DNA of 64,000 nucleotides from Gammaproteobacteria bacterium (GTDB lineage Bacteria; Pseudomonadota; Gammaproteobacteria; JAJFKG01): NCBI GenBank assembly GCA_965116795.1, contig OZ220716.1, positions 651,362 to 715,361 of the forward strand, read 5' to 3'. Shown piece by piece: positions 60,084 to 64,000 of this stretch (position 1 is its first letter; each line of letters starts with the position of its first letter). The notes under the pieces were generated by a model. It saw only the letters and a program-made list of their open reading frames with translations, ran no database searches and was not told where the DNA came from. The position numbers and the translations under genes were made by a program.

Positions 60084-61331
60084 ATGACGGTAGTGGTTAA
60101 ATCTACTATACTGTCTGCCTTTTTATATAAACAAGCAAGTGAGTTAATCGTGTCATTGCCGCAACCTGATGTAGCCAGTCAACAACGCAGTCAGCAACTT
60201 ATTGATCGAATTGTCACCGAAATTGAACATGCACCTGATAAACGCATACCCTTTGCACATTTTATGGAGTTAGCATTGTATGCCCCACAGCTTGGGTATT
60301 ATGTTTCGGGTAATGCCATCATTGGTAATGATGGTGATTTTGTCACAGCGCCGACAATATCACCGTTGTTTGCACGTTGTTTAGCACAACAAGTAGAACA
60401 AGTGCTTGAGCAATTACCTGAAGAAAACATCTTTGAATTTGGTGCGGGAACAGGCGAACTAGCTGCACAGTTGCTGTTAACATTAGACAAACAAAACAAG
60501 TTACCAAAAACCTATTTTATTTTAGAACCCAGTCCAAGTTTGCGCGAGCAACAACAACACACAATAAATACAGTATGTCCACAATTGTCTGCACGAATAA
60601 CCTGGTTAGATCGCTTACCAACTCACCCATTATCAGCGGTAATCATTGCCAATGAAGTGATCGATGCGATGCCAGTGCATGTGGTTCAGTATCATCAGCA
60701 ACAATTACTCGAATGTTATGTAACTTATGATGGCAATCAATTTAAATGGATAATTGCAACATCAAGTAATCCAGCATTAATTGATTATTGGCAGCATATA
60801 TCAATCAATAATAATGAACCTTATACTAGTGAAATTAATCTGTTTGCATTAGCGTGGTTAACCAGCATTAGCGAATTATTAACAACGGGTGCGATTTTAT
60901 TAATTGACTATGGTTTTCCACGCCATGAGTATTATCATCCCAGTCGGAATATGGGAACCTTAATGTGTCATTATCGTCAACAGGCACACACTGATCCATT
61001 TTTATTGCCTGGCTTACAAGATATTACTGCGCATGTTGATTTTACTGCATTGGCGATGCGTGCCGTTGAATTGGATTTAACCGTAGCAGGGTTTACCCAT
61101 CAAGCAGCTTTTTTACTAAACTGTCAGTTGTTAACGCATTTACAAGCAGCGCAACAACACTGTACTCGTGAAGCAGAACGTGTACAATTAACTCAACAAG
61201 TACAATTGTTAACAGCACCCCATGAAATGGGTGATTTATTTAAAGTGATGGCATTAACTCGTGGCATTAGCTTGCCATTAATCGGTTTTACACAGCATGA
61301 TCAACGCCATCGTTTGTTAATAGAGGATTAA
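60084..61331 (+). CDS. MidA/DUF185-family SAM-dependent methyltransferase
   Basis: FAHFMELALYAPQLGYY and the VTAPTISPLFA region. The ORF begins at 59883, but that start overlaps the upstream opposite-strand gene; the ATG at 60084 or GTG at 60150 is more plausible. Confidence 0.65.
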   Translation: MTVVVKSTILSAFLYKQASELIVSLPQPDVASQQRSQQLIDRIVTEIEHAPDKRIPFAHFMELALYAPQLGYYVSGNAIIGNDGDFVTAPTISPLFARCLAQQVEQVLEQLPEENIFEFGAGTGELAAQLLLTLDKQNKLPKTYFILEPSPSLREQQQHTINTVCPQLSARITWLDRLPTHPLSAVIIANEVIDAMPVHVVQYHQQQLLECYVTYDGNQFKWIIATSSNPALIDYWQHISINNNEPYTSEINLFALAWLTSISELLTTGAILLIDYGFPRHEYYHPSRNMGTLMCHYRQQAHTDPFLLPGLQDITAHVDFTALAMRAVELDLTVAGFTHQAAFLLNCQLLTHLQAAQQHCTREAERVQLTQQVQLLTAPHEMGDLFKVMALTRGISLPLIGFTQHDQRHRLLIED

Positions 61332-61336
61332 TTAAT

Positions 61337-61837
61337 ATGTCTAAGGTAACGACTATTGAATTATTTAAAGAAGACATGAAGTTTTCTGCCGGGCATTTTA
61401 CGATTTTTTCTAAACAACAACGTGAACGGTTACATGGCCATAATTATAGGGTGCGCGCATTGATTACTGCTGATGTTGATGAAACGGGGTTAACCTTTGA
61501 TTACCGTGAGTATAAACAAACATTGCGTACACTATGCCGTGAATTAAATGAAATCTTTTTACTACCCGCCAAGTCGCCTTATTTGCAGATTAGTGAAAAA
61601 GATCATTATTATCATTGTGAATTTAATCAAGAGATGATCCCGTTTTTACAATCCGATGTAAAACTGTTGCCATTAGCCAATATCACTGTAGAAGCACTGT
61701 CGCAGTGGTTTATTGATCAGCTAACCCAAGACGTGAAGCAATTGGTACAGCATAATATCCGAGCAATAACCATCCATGTCTTATCTGGCCCAGGGCAATC
61801 GGGTTCTAGCACCTGGCAAGCTGCGGAGGGGGCATGA
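61337..61837 (+). CDS. 6-pyruvoyl-tetrahydropterin synthase family protein (QueD-like)
   Basis: KFSAGHFT...ERLHGHNYRV Zn-binding motif. Confidence 0.7.
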   Translation: MSKVTTIELFKEDMKFSAGHFTIFSKQQRERLHGHNYRVRALITADVDETGLTFDYREYKQTLRTLCRELNEIFLLPAKSPYLQISEKDHYYHCEFNQEMIPFLQSDVKLLPLANITVEALSQWFIDQLTQDVKQLVQHNIRAITIHVLSGPGQSGSSTWQAAEGA

Positions 61838-62547
61838 CAACACAATTCGATGATATTGCAATCATCACCGGTGCTAGTCGCGGTATCGGTTATGCTACGG
61901 CAACTTTATTTTTACAACACGGTTGGCAAGTCATTAATACTTCGCGCCATCCATGTGATTTGTCTGATGTTACTAATATTCAAGCAGACTTTAATGCATT
62001 TGATCAAGCGGTTGTATCACAACAATTAAAAAAGCATTTACCAACACACGCACGGATTTGTTTAATTCATAATGCCAGTTGGTATCAACATGATCGTATT
62101 GATAAGCTCCCCATGCAAAATATGAGTGACAGTTTAACGGTTGGGGTGATTGTACCTAGCCAATTAAATCAATATTGTTTACCGCACATGATATCAGGGT
62201 CATCGATCTTATATCTTGGATCAACCTTGTCAGAAAAAGCTGTAAAAAACGCGGCATCTTATATTGTAAATAAACATGCTGTGGTTGGGTTAATGCGTGC
62301 AACTTGTCAGGATTTAGATAATCGTGGTATTCATACAGCCTGTGTGTGTCCTGGGTTTACCGATACCGAAATGTTGCGAAGTCACATTGGTGACGATCCA
62401 ACAGTGCAACGTCGATTAACCGACATGGTCAGTGCACGACGTTTTGCGACACCCGATGAAATTGCTGAATTACTATGGAGTTGTGCTGAGCAACCGGTGA
62501 TTAATGGCAGTGTGATCCACGCTAATTTGGGGCAGATTGCTGGTTAA
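61834..62547 (+). CDS. Short-chain dehydrogenase/reductase (SDR)
   Basis: TGASRGIG Rossmann motif. Overlapping start suggests translational coupling with the PTPS gene. Confidence 0.75.
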   Translation: MTTQFDDIAIITGASRGIGYATATLFLQHGWQVINTSRHPCDLSDVTNIQADFNAFDQAVVSQQLKKHLPTHARICLIHNASWYQHDRIDKLPMQNMSDSLTVGVIVPSQLNQYCLPHMISGSSILYLGSTLSEKAVKNAASYIVNKHAVVGLMRATCQDLDNRGIHTACVCPGFTDTEMLRSHIGDDPTVQRRLTDMVSARRFATPDEIAELLWSCAEQPVINGSVIHANLGQIAG

Positions 62548-63034
62548 CTTTATGAAGCACAAATAACAATCCAATTATTAAAAATATACTAAAAAAGCCT
62601 AAACTCCATTGTGCCATGCTTAGCCCCATGATCCGCATGACAACCTTAGCGCAGTCGCCGCTACCATTTAGTAAGTTTAAGAGAATCTGATGCCAAGGAA
62701 AATGTGCCAGCATGTAGTCTAAACTGGCACCACAAGTACGTTGTTGATCAGCAGGTAACAGTTGCAACCATACTTGGCGTGCACTAGTCATAATGCCAAT
62801 GCTAGCAATGAATATCACGCCGCTACCATAATAACGCCACGTAATTAGCTGTTTATTGCGATGACACCAACTGATAAAGAATAATATGCCAAGCAATACA
62901 AATAAGAAACGTTGAATTAAACACAGTGGACAAGGATGTAAATATAACTGCCATTGCCAGTAGTAAGCTAGTGCTAATAACATAGCGCACAATAAACAAC
63001 TGCAACCGCTGATGATATGTAATGGTTTATGCAT
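62522..63034 (-). CDS. dsbB: Disulfide bond formation protein B
   Basis: Four TM segments with CPLCLIQR and a second Cys pair. Confidence 0.8.
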   Translation of the reverse strand: MHKPLHIISGCSCLLCAMLLALAYYWQWQLYLHPCPLCLIQRFLFVLLGILFFISWCHRNKQLITWRYYGSGVIFIASIGIMTSARQVWLQLLPADQQRTCGASLDYMLAHFPWHQILLNLLNGSGDCAKVVMRIMGLSMAQWSLGFFSIFLIIGLLFVLHKVNQQSAPN

Positions 63035-63125
63035 TAAGTCAATTCCGTAAAATTGATACTGTTTTGATATTACCAGTATAGTTGATTAGTAATCATAGGA
63101 AAGGGTGGTATTATTTTTTTTACAG

Positions 63126-64000
63126 CTATTCCACCGTTACCGATTTGGCTAAGTTGCGTGGTTGATCGACATCGGTGCCTTTCATTACCGCAACGTGATA
63201 AGCCAGCAATTGCAATGGAATGGTATAAATAATCGGTGCGATGATATCATCTATGGTCGGTACGGTCAGGGTAACCACATCGGTATTATTATGTTGAGTG
63301 ACTAACTCTGCTTGTTCATCAGCAAATACAATTAATTTGCCGCCACGAGCCTGCACTTCTTGCAGGTTAGATTGCAATTTAGTTAACAATGCATTATTCG
63401 GTGCAACTGCAATCACTGGCATATATTCATCGACTAGTGCTAATGGTCCATGTTTTAATTCGCCTGCAGGATATGCTTCAGCATGAATATATGAAATTTC
63501 TTTTAACTTTAATGCACCTTCTAATGCAATTGGGTATTGGATCCCTCGGCCTAAAAATAATGTATGGTGTTTATCTACAAACAATGTCGCTAACTGTTTA
63601 ATCTGATCATTTAATTTTAATACAGTGGTGACTTTTTCAGGCAGTTCACGCAGTAATTGTACGACACGGGCTTCTTGTGAATTGTGATGACCACGTTTAT
63701 TGCGTGCCAGTACGGTGGTTAGCATTAATAACCCAGTGAGCTGTGCGCTAAACGCTTTTGTTGAGGCGACACCGATTTCAACACCAGCACGCATCATCAG
63801 TACCAACTCTGAACTGCGCACTAATGAACTTTCTGCCACATTGCAAATGGTTAGTGAGGCAAGGTAACCAGCATCTTTAATGCTATGTAATGCGGCTAAT
63901 GTATCAGCGGTTTCCCCAGATTGAGATAAGGTGACGAACAGTGTATTGGGTTGGGTAACTGTACTGCGATAACGAAACTCACTGGCCACTTCAACTTGGC
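63126..64000 (-). CDS. glmS: Glutamine--fructose-6-phosphate aminotransferase, C-terminal SIS domains. The 5' part lies beyond the window
   Basis: Ends ...[11 protein letters not shown], identical in character to the E. coli GlmS C-terminus. Confidence 0.9.
   Translation of the reverse strand, partial: QVEVASEFRYRSTVTQPNTLFVTLSQSGETADTLAALHSIKDAGYLASLTICNVAESSLVRSSELVLMMRAGVEIGVASTKAFSAQLTGLLMLTTVLARNKRGHHNSQEARVVQLLRELPEKVTTVLKLNDQIKQLATLFVDKHHTLFLGRGIQYPIALEGALKLKEISYIHAEAYPAGELKHGPLALVDEYMPVIAVAPNNALLTKLQSNLQEVQARGGKLIVFADEQAELVTQHNNTDVVTLTVPTIDDIIAPIIYTIPLQLLAYHVAVMKGTDVDQPRNLAKSVTVE

Overview
This 64 kb window looks like the chromosome of an AT-rich, host-associated gammaproteobacterium, probably Legionellales/Coxiellaceae-like, though that organism call is only an inference. 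Most of it is housekeeping genes with synteny typical of gammaproteobacteria: glyQ-trpS-glyS, ftsN-like-hslVU, ubiE-ubiJ-ubiB, ftsYEX, a rhodanese-secB-gpsA block, a LinKLMN-type Mce/Mla ABC system, thyA, lgt, dsbB, and the 3' end of glmS. Small MITE-like palindromic repeats are scattered throughout; I distinguish at least four families, and two copies supply the C-terminus and stop codon of a host gene. One segment, about 21.1-33.6 kb, looks accessory: two paralogous secreted proteins of unknown function flank an AAA+ (DUF4143) ATPase gene that a 2.7 kb IS66-family element has recently split, leaving an 8-bp target-site duplication. The second paralog sits directly upstream of a 1146-aa protein with two transmembrane segments and two long (SPSPxPSS)n tandem-repeat linkers encoded by 24-bp in-frame DNA repeats, followed by an orphan HipB-like HTH gene. 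I regard that protein as the most novel feature. Other points of interest are a translationally coupled ePK-like kinase / PP2C phosphatase pair at the window start, a class II-like ribonucleotide reductase, an IS66 element whose tnpC lies convergent to tnpA-tnpB, a nested palindromic insert between mlaF and mlaD, a ~480-bp TIR-bounded non-coding element, and a small acidic coiled-coil protein with a consensus promoter that could be a secreted effector. No rRNA, tRNA or CRISPR array was recognised.
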